This document shows, piece by piece, positions 12,986-26,530 of a stretch of 64,000 nucleotides of DNA. The position numbers and the translations under genes were made by a program. The stretch covers positions 129,701,740 to 129,765,739 of the forward strand of contig NC_083401.1 of the NCBI RefSeq assembly GCF_020745735.1, read 5' to 3'. Source of the DNA: Hemiscyllium ocellatum (lineage: Eukaryota). Under the pieces are notes generated by a model. It saw nothing but the letters and a program-made list of their open reading frames with translations, searched no databases and was not told where the DNA came from. The stretch's first letter is position 1. Every line of letters starts with the position of its first letter.

Positions 12986-13004
12986 ACCATAACTGGCAAA
13001 ACAC

Positions 13005-13787
13005 AGACCGTTCCTTCTTTGACTACCTGGTCAGGTCCACACCCCCCAACAACCCACCCTCCCGTCCTGACACCTTCCCCTGCCACCGCAGGAATTGCAA
13101 AACCTGTGGCCACACCTCCTCCCTCACCTCCATCCAAGGCCCCACCACATCCATCAAAGTTTTACCTGCACATCCACCAATGTCACTTATTGTATCCGTT
13201 GCTCCCGATGTGGTCTCCTCTACAATGGGGAGACTGGATGCCCACTCGCAGAGTGCTTCAAGGAAAATCCCTGGGACACCCGCACCAATCAACCCCACTG
13301 CCCCGTGGCCCAACATTTCAACTCCCCCTCCCACTCTGCTGAGGCCATGCAGGTCCTGGGCCTCCTCCACTGCTGCTCCCTCACCACCCGATGCCTGGAG
13401 GAAGAACGCCTCACCTTCCACCTCGAAACACTTCAACCCAGGGCATCAATGTGGACTTCACCCGTTTCCTCATTTCCCCTCCCCCCACCTTACCTCAGTT
13501 CCAACCTTCTAGCTCAGCATAGTCGGCATGACCTGTCCTACCTGTCAATCAGCCTTCCCACCTATCTGCTCCACCCTCCCCTCTGACCTATCACCTCCAT
13601 CCCCACCCCCATTCAACTATTGTGCTCTTTGCTACCTTCTCCCCAGCCCCATCACCCACACCCCTCCCAATTTATCTCTCCACCCTGGAGGCTTCCTGCC
13701 TCTATTCCTGATGAAGGGCTTTTGCCTGAAACATCGATTTTCCTGCTCCTCGGATGTTGCTTTTCCAGCACCACTCTGATATAAACC
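13005..13787 (+). mobile_element. Penelope-like element, 3' part
   Basis: ORF 13095-13586 has YCIRCSRCGLLYNGETG...VAQHFN...RCLEEERLTFHLETLQP (GIY-YIG). Colinear with 1-852. Confidence 0.88.
13705..13740 (+). ncRNA. Minimal hammerhead ribozyme motif
   Basis: CTGATGA(13708-13714)-A-GGGC-TTTT-GCCT-GAAA-CA-TC; core boxes intact, G-U in stem II. Confidence 0.6.
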
Positions 13788-15802
13788 CTGACACCTGCTA
13801 ATGTTCACTTTCCCACTCCCATTCCAATCCTTCTTTCCTTATTCTTTCTTAAAATATCCTGTAAGAGATCAAAACTGCTTCTGAGAAGGATCTCCACCTG
13901 TCCCAAACACCAGTTCAAACACTGTATGGAAGAAATAATGAGCTGGAGGAATCAGCACTAAGCAAAATGCAGTGGACAAAAGTAATGACTGCTGGCAAGG
14001 GCAACCCAGGAGAGATCACACTGTCACACTCTGACACAGCTCTCAGGGCAATGTTGTAAAAGGCTGATTGGAATCTCTGAGTGAGGAGCTAATCCCAGAT
14101 CTTTCTGGTGACAAAGTGATGAGGGAGTATCTCTCTCATCTCAGCAGAAGGAGTAAAGTACTTAAGGGCCTGATAAATGTTGACTTCACACAAACAACTG
14201 GATGGGGTATGAGGAGTTATACTTAGAAGTTACACAATAATGGTTGAAGTAAGCAATCCTTATCTAGTCTGTGATGTTATCTCATACTCTGCACTCCACT
14301 CTGAATAGTGTGATTAGCTTCAGATAAGCAGAAACTAGGCCCTCAGTCTATGGGATGTCATGCTCACATGATCTACAGCTTTGCTTTAAGCTTAAAATAG
14401 CTGCCATCCAGAGTTCAGGATACATAACTGAGTGATTGGCAAATCAAATGGATAATACCTTTTCTGGGCTCGGTCATAGAGTCATAGAGATGTACAGCAC
14501 GGAAACAGACCCTTCAGTCCAACTCGTCCATGCCGAACAGATATCCTAAACTATTCTAGTCCCACTTGCCAGCACCCAGCCCATTTCGCTCCAAACCTTT
14601 CCTGTTCATATACCCATCCAGATGCCTTTTAAATGTTGTAATTGTATTAGCCTCCACCACTTCCTCTGGCAGCTCATTCCACACACGCAACCACCCTCTG
14701 AGTGAAACAGTTGTCCCTCAGGTCCCTTTTGTATCTTTTCCCTATCACCCTAAACCTATGTCCTTTAGTTCTGGACTCCCCCATCCCAGGGAAAAAACCT
14801 TGTCTATTTACCCTATCCACGCCCCTCATAATTTTGTAAACCTCAGCCCTCCGACGGTCCAGGGAAAACAGCCCCAGCTTGTTCAGCCTTTCCCTACAGT
14901 TCAAGTCCTCCAAACTCTGAACCCTTTCAAGTTTCACAACATCTTTCTGATAGGAAGTAGACCAGAATTGCACACAATATTCCAACAGTGGCTTAACCAA
15001 TGTCCTGTACAGGCGGCACATGACCTCCCAACACCTGTACTTAATACTCTGACTGATAAAGGAAACCAGGCCAAATGCCTTCTTCACTATCCTATCTAAT
15101 TGTGACTCCACGCTCAAGGAGCTATGAACCTGCACTCCAAGGTCTCTTTGTTCAGCAACACTCCCCAGAACCTTACCATTAAGTGTATAAGTCCTGCTAA
15201 GATTTGCTTTCCCAAAATGCAGCACCTCGCATTAATCTGAATTAAACTCCATCTGCCACTTCACAGCCTGTTGGCCCATCTGGTCCAGATCCTATTATGT
15301 TCTGGCTTCTTGGTTGTCCATTACACCTTCAATTTTGGTGTCATCTGCAAACTTAATAATTATACCTCCTATGTTCACATCCAAATTATTTATAAAAATG
15401 AGGAAATGTAGTGGACCCAGCACTGATCCTTGTGGCACTCCACTGGTCACAGGCCTCCCATCAGAAAAGCAACCCTCCACCACCACCCTCTGTCTTCTAC
15501 CTTTGAGCCAGTTCTGTATCCAAATGGCTAGCTCTCCCTGTATTCCATGAGAGCTAACCTTGTTAATCAGTCTCCCATGGGGAACCTTGTCGAATGCCTT
15601 GTTGAAGTTCATACAGATCACGTCTACCACTCTGCCCTCATCAATCCTCTATGCTACTTCTTCGAAAAACTCAAACAAATTCGTGAAACATGATTTCCCA
15701 CACACAAAACCATGCTGACTATCCTTAATCAGTCCTTGTCTTTCCAAATGCATGTACATCCTGTCCCTCATGATTCCCTCCAACAATCTGACCACTACTG
15801 AG

Positions 15803-16007
15803 CTGAAAATGTGTTGCTGGAAAAGTGCAGCAGGTCAGGCAGCATCCAAGGAGCAGGAGAATCGATGTTTCGGGCATGAGCCCTTCTTCAGGAACTCATG
15901 TCCGAAACGTCGATGCTCCTGTTCCTTGGATGCTGCCTGACCGGCTCCGCTTTTCCAGCAACACATTTTCAGCTCTGATCTCCATCATCTGCAGTCCTCA
16001 TTTTCTT
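15803..16007. mobile_element. Fold-back PLE-terminus insert with 12-bp TSD, nested in CR1
   Basis: TSD accactactgag at 15791-15802 and 16008-16019; 81-bp arms 15800-15880 / 15895-15975; hammerhead on the minus strand at the centre. Confidence 0.9.
15861..15894 (-). ncRNA. Minimal hammerhead ribozyme motif
   Basis: Minus strand: ttc-CTGAAGA-A-GGGC-TCAT-GCCC-GAAA-CA-TC-gat. Confidence 0.62.
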
Positions 16008-18494
16008 ACCACTACTGAGGTCAGGCTCACTGATCTATAGTTCCCGGGCTTTTTCTTACCATCTTTCGTAAATAGTGGCACCACATTAGCCAACCTTCAG
16101 TTTTCCGGTGTCTCACCCATAACTATTGATGCCACAAATATCTCAGCAAGAGGCCCAGCAATCTCTTCTCTAGCTTCCCACAGAGTTCTAGAGTACACCT
16201 GATCAGGTCCTGGGGATTTATCCACCTTTATGCATTTCAAGACATCTATCACCTCCTCATGCGTAATATGGACATTTTTCAAGATGTCACCATCTATTTC
16301 CCCACATTGTATATCTTCCATGTCCTTTTCCATAGTATCTTACCCCACCTCCTGCAGCTCCATTCATAGACTGCCTTGCTGTTCTTTGATGGGCCCTATT
16401 CTCTCCCTAGTTTTCCTTTTGTTCTTAATATATTTATTAAAAACCCTTTGGATTCTCCTTAACCCTACTTGCCAAAGCTATCTCATGTCCCCTTTTTGCC
16501 CTCCTGATTTCCCTCTTAAGTATACTCCTACTGCCTTTGTACTCTTCTAAGGATTCACTCGATCTCTCTTGTCTATATTTGACATATGCTTCCTTCTTTT
16601 TCTTAATCAAAACCTCAATTTCCCTAGTAAACCAGCGTTCCCTATACCTACCAGCCTTTCATTTCACCCTAACAGCAATATACTTTCTCTGGATTCTTGT
16701 TATCTCATTTTTGAAGGCTTCCCATTTTCCAGTCTTCCCTTTACTTGCGAACATCTGTCCTCAATCAGCTTTCGAAAGTTTTTGCCTAATACCGTCAAAA
16801 TTAGCCTTCCTCCAATTTAGAACTTTTAGATCTGGTCTATCCTTTCCATCATGATTTTAAAAGTAATAGAATTATGGTCGCTGGCCCCAAAGTGCTCCCC
16901 CACTGACACCTCAGTCACCTGCCCTACCTTATTTCCCAAGAGTAGGTCAAGTTTTGCAACTTTTCTAGTAGATACATCCACATACTGAATCAGAAAATTT
17001 TCTTGTACACTCTTAACAAATTCCTCTCTATCTAAACCCTTAACACAATGGCAGTCCCAATCTATGTTTGGAAAGTTAAAATCCCCTACCATAACCACCC
17101 TATTATTCTTACAGATAGCTGAGATCTCCTTACAAATTTGTTTCTCAATTTCCCACTTACTATTAGGGTGCCTATAATACAATCCCAATAAAGTGATCAT
17201 CCCTTTCTTATTTCTCAGTGTCACGCAAATAACTTCCCTGGACGTATTCCCAGGAATATCCTCCCTAAATACAACTGTAATGATATCCCTTCTCAAAAAT
17301 GCCACTCCCCCTCCTTTCTTGCCTCCCTTTCTATCCTTCCTGTAGCATTTGTATCCTGGAACATTAAGCTGCCAGTCCTGTCCATCCCTGAGCCACATTT
17401 CAGTAATTGCTGTGATATCCCAGTCCCATGTTCCTAACCATGCCCTGAGTTCATCTGCCTTCCCTGTTAGACCTCTTGCAATGAAATAAATGCAGTTTAA
17501 CTTATCAGTCCTACCTTGTTCTCTGCTTTGTCCCTGCCTGCCGTGATTGTTTGACTCGCTCTCTTTCCTAACTGTGTTAGTCGCAGATTGATTTCTTTCC
17601 TCACTATTTCCCTGGGTCCCACCCCACATCACCCTCCCCCCACCTCCACCACATTGCTAGTTAAAATCCTCCTAGACAGCTCTTGCAAATCTCCCTGCCA
17701 GTATATTAGTACCCTTCCTTTTCAGGTGTAATCTGTCCTTCTCGTACATGTCACTTCTACCCCAGAAGAGATTCCAATGATCCAGAAATGTGAACCTGTC
17801 TCCCACACACCAGCTCCTTGGCTATGCATTCAGCTGCTCTATCCTCCTATTCCTACCCTCACCAGCTCATAGCACGGAAGTAATCCAGATATCACTGCCC
17901 TTGAGGATCACCTTTTTAAATTCCTGCCTAACTTTCTATATTCTCCCTTCAGAATCTTATCCTTTTCCCTTCCTATGTCATCAGTTCAAATGTTTACAAT
18001 GACCTCCTGGTAGTCCCTCTCCCCTTTGAGAACATTCTGCACCCTCTCTGAGATATCCTTGATCCTGGCATCTTCTGCTGTCTTCATTTAGACAGATCAG
18101 TGGAAGAGACCCAAATCTGAAGGGAGGCAGTAGTGAAATGGGAACAAAATGTCAGCGTACCTGAACAACTAATATCTGCCACAGTGCCAACACGCCAGCT
18201 AGGACAGACCACACTGGCAGCAACTGAGTTGCAGTAACCTGAAATCGGATCCAAATGGGCTTGAGCACTCAGGAACACCAAGACGATCCCAGCTTATACG
18301 AGCTTTGCTCAGCTCACTAAGGAGAACCTCACAGGAGTTAGGAAACATTCTCTAAAGAGAAACACTACATCTGGATGAGAGAAATAAAAGACATTCATTA
18401 TTTTTGACATTAAATGAACCAACTCGATCATATTCAGCCACCTTGGCCTTCAACAGAGTTTCAGAGTTACTTCTGAGTCAAAATTGTCAGAATT

Positions 18495-18585
18495 GAGAAG
18501 TGCGGCACTGGAAAAGCACAGCTGGTCAGCAGCATCCGAGGAGCAGGAGAGTCGATGCTTAGGGCATGAGCCCTTCATCAGGAAA
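18495..18585 (-). mobile_element. Short PLE terminal-repeat fragment with mutated hammerhead
   Basis: Minus strand: ttcCTGATGAaGGGCtcatGCCC-TAAG (GAAA lost)...ggatgctgctgaccagctgtgcttttccag. Confidence 0.8.
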
Positions 18586-18848
18586 GACACTGTCGGAATG
18601 TCTTATTTATAGGAAGTATAGCATGTTTTAAATGTTCGAGGCAAAATGAAGCATTTGACAAGAATTGATATGCAGGTGGGCTCTGCCTACGTTCTCAGGG
18701 CAGGGATATAAGAATCACAAGGGACTCACTGCTAAATGTGTGGCCTTTTACATCTGTTGCAACAATATGCTAATTGTGCAGAGTGCCCTTTTCGCTCAGT
18801 GACTTCTTCTTTCTCATAGGTTTTCATCGTTTGATGGTGGTTCCTCTT

Positions 18849-20245
18849 ATAGAGTCATAGAGATGTACAGCATGGAAACAGACCCCTTGCTCCAACTTGT
18901 CCACGTTGACTAGATATCCTAACGCAACCTAGTTCCACCTGCCAGCACCCGGCCCATTTCCCTCCAAACCCTTCCCATTCATATACCCATCCAAATGCCT
19001 TTTATACATTGCAATTGTACCAGCCTCCACAACTTCCTCTGGCAGTTCATTCCATACACGCACCACCCTCTCTTTTGTATTTTTTCGCTCCCATCCTAAA
19101 CCTACGCCCTCTAGTTCTGGATTCCCCCACCCCAGGGAAAAGACTTTGTCTATTTAACCTATCCATGCCCCTCATGATTTTATGAACCTCTGTAAGGTCA
19201 CCCTTCAGCCTCCGACGCTCCAGGGAAAACAGCCCCAGCCTGTTCAACCTCTCCCTATAGCACAAATTCTCCAACCCTGGCAACATCCTTGTAAATCTTT
19301 TCTGAACCCTTTCAAGTTTCACAACATCTTTCCAACAGGAAGGAGATCAGAATTGCACACAATATTCCAACAGTGGTCTAACCAATGTCCTGTTCAGCCG
19401 CAACCTAACCTCCTGACTCCTGTATTCAATACTCTGACCAATAAAGGAAAGCATACCAAATGCCTTCTTCACTATCCTATCTACCTGCAACTCTACTTTC
19501 AAGGAGCTATGAACCTGCACTTCAAGGTCTCTTTGTTCAGCAACACTCCCTAGGACCTTACCATTAACGGTATAAGTCCTGCTAAGATTTGCTTTCACAA
19601 AATGCAGCACCTCACATTTATCTAAATTAAACTCCATCTACTTCCTCTCAGCCCATTGGCCCATCTGATCAAGATCCTGTTGTAATCAGACGTAACCTTC
19701 TTCACTGTCCACTACACCTCTAATTTTGGTGTCATCTGCAAACTTACGAACTGTACCTCTTATGCTCGCATCCAAATCATTTATGTAAATGACAAAAAGT
19801 AGAGGACCCAGCACCGATCCTTGTGGCACTCCACTGGTCACAGGCCTCCAGTCTGAAAAACAACCCTCCACCATCACCTTCTGTTTTCTACCTTTGAGCC
19901 AGTTCTTTATCCAAATGGCTAATTCTCCCTGTATTCCATGAGATCTAACCTTGCAAACCAGTCTCCCATGGGGAACCTTGTTGAACGCCTTACTGAAGTC
20001 CATATAGATCACATCTACCGCTCTCCCTTATCAATCCTCTTTGTTACTTCTTCAAAAAACTCAATCAAGTTTGTTAGACATGATTTCCCACAAACAAAGC
20101 CACATTGACTATCCCTAATCAGTCCTTGCGTTTCCAAATACATGTACTTCCTGTTCCTTTGGATTCCCTCCAACAAGTTGCCCACCACCGAGGTCAGGCT
20201 CACTGGTCTATAGGTTCCTGGCTTGTCTTTACCATCCTTCTTCAA
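18849..20245 (-). mobile_element. CR1/HER1-type LINE, 5'-truncated RT + 3' tail
   Basis: [52 protein letters not shown]; ctctatgactctat tail. Confidence 0.95.
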
Positions 20246-21179
20246 GACAAAGTGGAACAATACTCTGCTGATCATGTTGATGTATGACATCTGATCTGGG
20301 GAAATGGTTTTGAAGCATACTTCTGACCTTGACAGTCCACAAATTTAAAACTATTGCTAAAATGAGCTTTTATTATGGTGCTCAATGGACACCAGTATCA
20401 CACAGGCTCCAGAACAGCGTATCTTTTCTATTGAATGTTGGAGCCAATGGGGATCATGATCCATTTCATTTGGCACAGAGGACATTGGTTATCTACCTAC
20501 TACAGCTGTGAACTGCAAACTGGCAGAAGTGATTAATAAGCTAACTGAAGCTAACTGTAGCTAACTTAAAGTACCCAGAAGAGCAAAATTCAAAGTAGAC
20601 ATGACTTTGAGGACCATTGGTAGGGCATATTTATCTCAACTGGTCTCACAGGCAACAAGTTCTATTGCAAGAAATTGCGGTGATCCATCTGAAGGGCAAC
20701 CCCTTCTGCCATTGAATCTCAGAAAGGTCCAAGACCATGGCTCAATTCCCGTATGTGTCGGATATGTTGTCCAGGATGCAGCACCCTCTATTCAGTTGTC
20801 TTGATGAGCCCAGATGCTGGGATTCCTCAACCTCCAAATCTTATTCCTCCAAGTCTTGCTCCATTCCTGCCAGATTGGAGAAGGAACAAATTGAAAGTAT
20901 CTAATCTGGTGGCCTAGCCTTCGTCAAAACATTTCTCTCCTCAACAAACAATCCCATATCCAATTCCCAAAATCTGTATAACCAAGCACTAAATGAAGCT
21001 ACACAAGGACAATGATAAAATCTTTCCAAACATCCCTATAAATAACATATTTTGGGCTGCTCACAATCAAGTCCGGGAGATTAATTTTTAATTCCTGGAA
21101 TCTCCGGGACAATCCTCCTGGATTCGCAATTGCGAGACAAATCTGATTTGATTTCTTCTCAAGTAAATATTGAAACAGA

Positions 21180-23345
21180 GAGTAAAGATGGAAAGAACTG
21201 CAGATGCTGTAAATCAGAAACAAAAAGAGAAGTTGCTGGAAAAGCTCAGCAGGTCTGGCAGCATCTGTGAACAGAAATCAAAGTGAACTTTTCAGGTATT
21301 GTCATCCTCAGATCTGATGGTAGCTAGGAAAATGTCAGCTTATACGCAATTGATATGGGGAGGGTGGTGAGGCGTAATCGATAGGTGGGGATAGAGCCCA
21401 AACAGAGAAAACAGTTGGACAGACAAGGGAGATGATAATGATCTGGCGAGGAGGGTAAATAGTTATTAATAGAAACTGTTAGTGACTAATAATAGGTAGT
21501 GTGTAATGGCAGGAAACAGGGCTTGGTATGTGGGGTAGGAAGCTGTGACGTGGGAGAGTTTAGGCCCTAAAGTTATTGAAATTGATATTGAGGCCAGAGG
21601 ACTGCAGAGTCCTCAACCAGAAAATGAGGTGATATTCTTCCAACTTGCGCTGAGCTTCGCTGGAGCACTGCAGCAAGCCTGAGACAGAGCTGCTGGCCAG
21701 AGAACAGGAGTGGTGTGTTAAAGTAGCAGGCAACTGGAAGCTCGGGGTCATTTCTGTGGGAAGAACGTAGATGTTCTGCGAAGTGGTCACCCAGTCTCCT
21801 CATTTCCCCAATGGAGACCACATTGTGAACAGTGAATGCAGGAGAATGGATTGTGTGAAGTGCATGTTACAGGGGAAGGTGCCATGAGGCTGTGTTAGGG
21901 GAATATTGGGTAGGTGGGTGTGGTGTTGGGAATGAAGTAAGAGTGGACCAGGGTGTCCCAAAGGGAATGGTCCCTGCGGAAGGTGGACAAGGGAGGGGAA
22001 GGGAGTATGTCTCTGCTGATGGCATCTTGCTGGAAATGGTACAACTGGTGGCTGATGATCTTCTGGATGTGGATGTTAGCGCAATGGTAGGTAAGGACAG
22101 GGGAGCCCTTGCACTGTTGTGGGAAGAGAGAGGGGGGTTAGGGCAGGAGATGGGTCTGACCTGGTTGAGGGCCCTGTTGACAACAGAGTTGGAGAATCCT
22201 CAGGTTGAGGAAGAAGGTGGACATTTTGGAGGCTCCCTTCTTAAAATTGGCCTCATTGGAGCATAGGCAAAAGTGAGGACTGCAGATGCTGAAGATTAGA
22301 GTTGAGAGTGTGGTGCTAGAAAAGCACAAGTCAGGCAGCATCTGAGGAGCAGAAAAATCGACGTTTCAGGCAAAAACCCTATTGCCCGAAATGTTGATTT
22401 GCCTGCTCCTTGGATGCTGCCTGACCTGCTATGCTTTTCCAGCACCACACTCTCGACTCATTGGAACATATGCGAAAGAGAGGGAGGAACAGGGAGAATG
22501 GAATGGAGGCTTTACAGGAAGCAGGGTGCTCGGATGTATAGTTCAGGTAGCTGTGGGAGCCAGTTGGTTTATAGTGGATATGTGGCAAGTCTATCCCCAG
22601 AAATGGAAACAGAAACGTCGAGCAAGTGGAGAGAGAAGTCAGAGATAGACCAAGTGAAAGTGGGATGGAATTAGAAGCAAAATCAGTGAACTTTTCCAAT
22701 TTGAGACAAAAGAGGCAAGGAGTACCGATTAGATCATTGATATATCGGAGAAAGAATTGTGGCTAGAGGCCAGAATAAGATGTGAAATGTTCCATGTATC
22801 CCATGAAGATATAGTCATAACTGGGACCCATGCGAATACCAATGGCCAACCCCTGACCTAAAGAAAATGAGAGGAGTTTAAAAAGTTGTTGAACTCAGCC
22901 AGCCAGAGGAGAGTGGTGGTGGGTAGGTACGGTTCAGGCCTTTGCTCCAGAAAGATGTGGAAAGCCTGAGACTATCCTGGTGGGAGATGGACGTGTAAAG
23001 GGATTTTTTTCCTGAGTAGGCAGCTGGAGCCTGCAAACTGGATATTCCGAAACTGGTGCAAAACATCAGAGGAATTGCAGATGTACGTGGGCAGGGACTG
23101 GATTGGGGAGAAAAGACTGAGTCAAGGTAGGAGGAGATTAGTTTTATGGTACAGGAGCATGCAAAAACAATGGGTCTGCCCATTGTGGATTTTTGCAAGG
23201 GGGTAGAGTCGACCTGTACAAAGCTGGTGGACTATCAGCTTGGAAGCAGTGGTGGGCAGATAGCCAGATGAAATGAGGTCAGTGACTGTAGGAGACTCAA
23301 TGGTCTGATGTTCCATGATGGGGTCATAGTCCAGGGGAAGACTGA
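21180..23345 (-). mobile_element. Penelope-like element with RT and GIY-YIG remnants, directly upstream of the SCARB2 promoter
   Basis: Minus-strand fragments SLYTSISHQD, GLAIGIRMGPSY, RYINDLIG (YIDD-like), YKPTGSHSYLNYTSEHP, RKLEEYHLIF...GLNINF; degenerate terminal repeat at 21190-21310. Confidence 0.85.
22266..22456. mobile_element. Fold-back PLE-terminus insert with 14-bp TSD, nested in older PLE
   Basis: TSD ctcattggagcata 22252-22265 / ctcattggaacata 22457-22470; the arms meet at gtttcaggcaa-aaaccct-a-ttgcccgaaa (hammerhead stem II). Confidence 0.88.
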
Positions 23346-23700
23346 AATACAGAGGCTTGGCATCTTCGGATCTGTGACTTTTAAAAGAAAAATAGCGCGA
23401 ACGATACAGATCCGAAGTGAAAACTCAAAGTGTTGCAAACGCACCGCCCATCAGTCGACGCATTTGTGAAAGGAGGTTGGACTGCCTGTTCCTGAAACCA
23501 GTATGGGCTTCCCTTTCAGAGGCAGCTTTCCCGCAGGAGCTGCAGCTTTGCCCTGCCCTGGGGGAAAAGCGTAACTGCGCATGCGTATTCCCTGTGAGCG
23601 CGCAGGTTCCGGGGATCGCTCTCAGCTGCTTGTCACTCAGTGATCTGCTGCTGCACCAGCTGCTTGTCACTCAGTCTGCTGCTGCTGCTGGGGCTCTACA
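23345..23700 (+). promoter_or_regulatory. Putative SCARB2 CpG-rich promoter/5'UTR with NRF1-like site
   Basis: Local CpG enrichment; TGCGCATGCG at 23576-23585; duplicated 19-mer cagctgcttgtcactcagt at 23623-23641 and 23657-23675. Confidence 0.6.
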
Positions 23701-23823
23701 ATGGGGGTGCGGCCTGCAGTCACTTACACAATCGGCATTCTTTGTATTATTCTCTTAATAGCGAGCATTGCACTCCTAGTTACTAACGTCTTCGTTGATA
23801 TTGTCGATAACTACGTTAAAAAG
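23701..23823 (+). CDS. SCARB2: Lysosome membrane protein 2 (LIMP-2), coding exon 1 (N-terminal TM helix)
   Basis: ATG...MGVRPAVTYTIGILCIILLIASIALLVTNVFVDIVDNYVKK|GTaagg; hydrophobic anchor, phase 0 joins exon 2. Confidence 0.92.
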
Positions 23824-24981
23824 GTAAGGCCTGGCGTTTGTGTTCAAGTTAATTGTGTTGCATCTGGGGTGGAAAGAGTCTTCGAATGCATTCTGTTTTG
23901 CTTATCCTCCTTTTCACCTGTTTCATGTTTTGGATGTCCCTGGTGATGTAACAGCAGTTGTTTTTGGTTGATATTGAGGCGAAGAAATTCACAATAGGGG
24001 CCGCCACATCAATGAACTACTCAATGTTGTGTACAAGGATACTTTTGGCTTTGTTCCAAGCTTAAATAAAAGCCGTCACATAAACATTGCTGTTGTTTGT
24101 TACCAATTAAACATGTTGCACAAAAAGTCTGGAATTGAAAGCATTTGCAGAGTTGGTGACAAAGCCCTGAAACTGTAGATCCTTAGTGTTGAAAAACAGC
24201 GTGTAATTTAGTTAGGTGGCCCAAATACCTCAATTCCCCGATTCTTGTACATGGGGGAATAAGTGCAGCTTGCAAGGTTTGCGTAATTGGAACATACTGG
24301 AGTGTTGAGTCATGATTGAGGATGACACATGACTTCTGCACAGCAGTCCATATTCATAGTTCATTTGTCAAGAGCCCGAAAATGTTAGGTGAATATGCAG
24401 CGTTTTAGTAAGAAAACGTGAGAAAGGAGTTGGGGGCGGGGATATTGATGAAGAAAGTTTGAATGAGGGGAATATAGGAAGAGAAGGATAGGTGTTTGAA
24501 TACAGCTAAAAGCAGCTACCAAATTTGAAGTGGGAGGAAGATGGAAGTGTACAAATTTTGTTTTTGCCAAAATTGTTTCTCTCTGTACGATTTGATATTG
24601 TGGCATGCGAGCATCCAGTTGAGTTAATTAGCAGACATGCTGTTAAAGGAGATTTTTAAATCCTTTGGATGCAGAGGAGAGAACCTAGGAAAGAATAACT
24701 AAGATTTTATGACTTCAAATGACCTTTTGCAGGTAATCGCATACAACACTCTCTCCCTCTTTTAATGTAAAGAGCTCTGTTTTAATAAAAATAGCAGCAG
24801 GAGTAGGCATTTCAGCCCCTCCATACTTCAGTTCAATGAAATCATGGCTGGTTTGTGGGCTTCCTACATACATCTATATCCTTCAGGTATCTCAGCACTT
24901 GGCTCTCAAAGGTTACATTTTTTTGTGGACAAATATTGCTGTTTTGCTAATTGTATCCTTTTTGTTGTATAGATGTTTAAT

Positions 24982-25341
24982 CATAGATCGTCATAAAATC
25001 CCTACAGTGTGGAAGCAGCTCATTTGGCGCATCGAGTCTACAACCTTAAAAGAGCATTCCACCTGGACCCATCCACCAACCCTATTCCTGTAACCTCACT
25101 TACCCTACCCCTGTAATTCTACATTTCCCATGATTAATCCACCTAGCCTGCACATCCCTGGACACTATGGGCAATATAGCCTAGCCAATTCACCTAGCTT
25201 GCACAATTTTATACTGTGGGAGGAAACCCATGCAAACACTGGGAGATTGTGGTGGCTCCACACACAGCCACCTGAGTATGGAATTGAGCCTAGATCCCTG
25301 GTGCTATGAGGCAGCAATACTAACTGCTGAGCTGTTGTGCA
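24982..25341 (-). mobile_element. HE1-type SINE (diverged)
   Basis: Homologous to the other HE1 copies (gccaattcacc, gggaggaaaccc, ggcagcaatactaac). Confidence 0.8.
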
Positions 25342-26082
25342 CTATGTGTACTTAATGTTAATTCTAAATCCTCTACTTAAGTATATTTTAAGCAATATAT
25401 ATTCTCTTAAATTTTCTTTACCGCTGTTTTTACTTTTTAAATAATTTTCTGCACTGATGGATTTTGATAAAAGGGACTTTTCAATAAAACTCTTTAAGGT
25501 ATTGGTGGGGTACATGGCAAGAAATTGTGCTGTGGGCATTTCCAAAACTTACTGTGTGTCATTTAGGCACAATGTCAGGAATTGCTAATGGATAGTGATT
25601 TTTATATTGAATTGAGTGAGCTGAGTGCCACTGCCAAAGTCAACATTTTTGCCCATTCCTAATTATCCTTGATGGTGATGGTATGCCAAAATGGAACTTA
25701 ATTTGCTTGCCATAAAACTGTTGAGGTGAAATTAGTTGAAAATTTCAGAAATTAGATTAGAATTTTGTCAGGCAAGGATATGTCACAATTGTGAAGTTGA
25801 GACTCATTTCTCTTGATTGAATTATTCTCGGTACTTTTGGTTTGAAATGTAGTCTACGTGGGAACGCTGGAATCTGCCTGACGTAAGTCAGAATAGTTTG
25901 ATTATTGGTGATCAGAGGAAATGTCATTTTTTGTACTGAAGAGGAGGTGCAAAGTATTCACGCATAGTGGCAGCAGCTTCTGAGCATCTAAAGATGAGAC
26001 TCTTAGTTTCCCAAAATTCTAGAAATGCGATTATAAGGTAATATTTTGTGGTTTAAAATAGGCTCTAAAGCTAAATGACATC

Positions 26083-26530
26083 ACAACACTTGCATTCATG
26101 TTGAATTCCTAAATATAAGGAAATATCTTAAGATGCTGCTGAGAAGTGTCACTAAACAGAATTATCACTGAATCATGGAAATGTTAGGGCACATGACTGA
26201 AGTCTTGGCCAGAGAGAGATGTTGAGGAGTATCTTTGAGGAGGAAAGTCACTGATAGGTAAACCAAGGCAAGTCTTTAGTTGTCAAAATGTTTTTAATAA
26301 TGAAGTGATTAAAACTGGCAATGCTAAAGACCAGAAAAAGTGAGGCTGGGATGTGTCTGAGGCTTGTGATAGGGGAAGAGCTTGGGCATGACGGGCAAGA
26401 AAGGTCAAGGAAAGATTTATAAAATTTAAGAATTTTTAAAGTCATTGTGTTACTTAACCAGGAGCCAATATAGAAGTGTTGGATGAATGGCATTTGGTGC
26501 AAATTAGGACATGAGCAGAAGAGTTTTTGA
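26083..26530 (-). mobile_element. Old L2/CR1-clade LINE 3' remnant
   Basis: acttgcatt...gactgaagtcttggccagagagagatgttgaggagtatctttgaggagga; resembles 57820-57872 plus 58175-58480. Confidence 0.45.

Larger units (their letters stand above)
14473..18070 (-). mobile_element. CR1/HER1-type LINE, 5'-truncated (part of ORF1, APE, RT, 3' tail)
   Basis: ORFs with [53 protein letters not shown]; (ctctatga)n tail at 14473-14490. Confidence 0.95.

Noticed and set aside
15803-16007. Fold-back inserts as DNA-transposon MITEs or pre-miRNAs
   Set aside because: Arms are PLE terminal-repeat sequence, the ends are asymmetric, TSD length varies (12-14 bp) and junctions differ between copies.
24324-24333. M-box/CLEAR-like CACATGAC in SCARB2 intron 1
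   Set aside because: Single short match expected by chance, with no supporting context.
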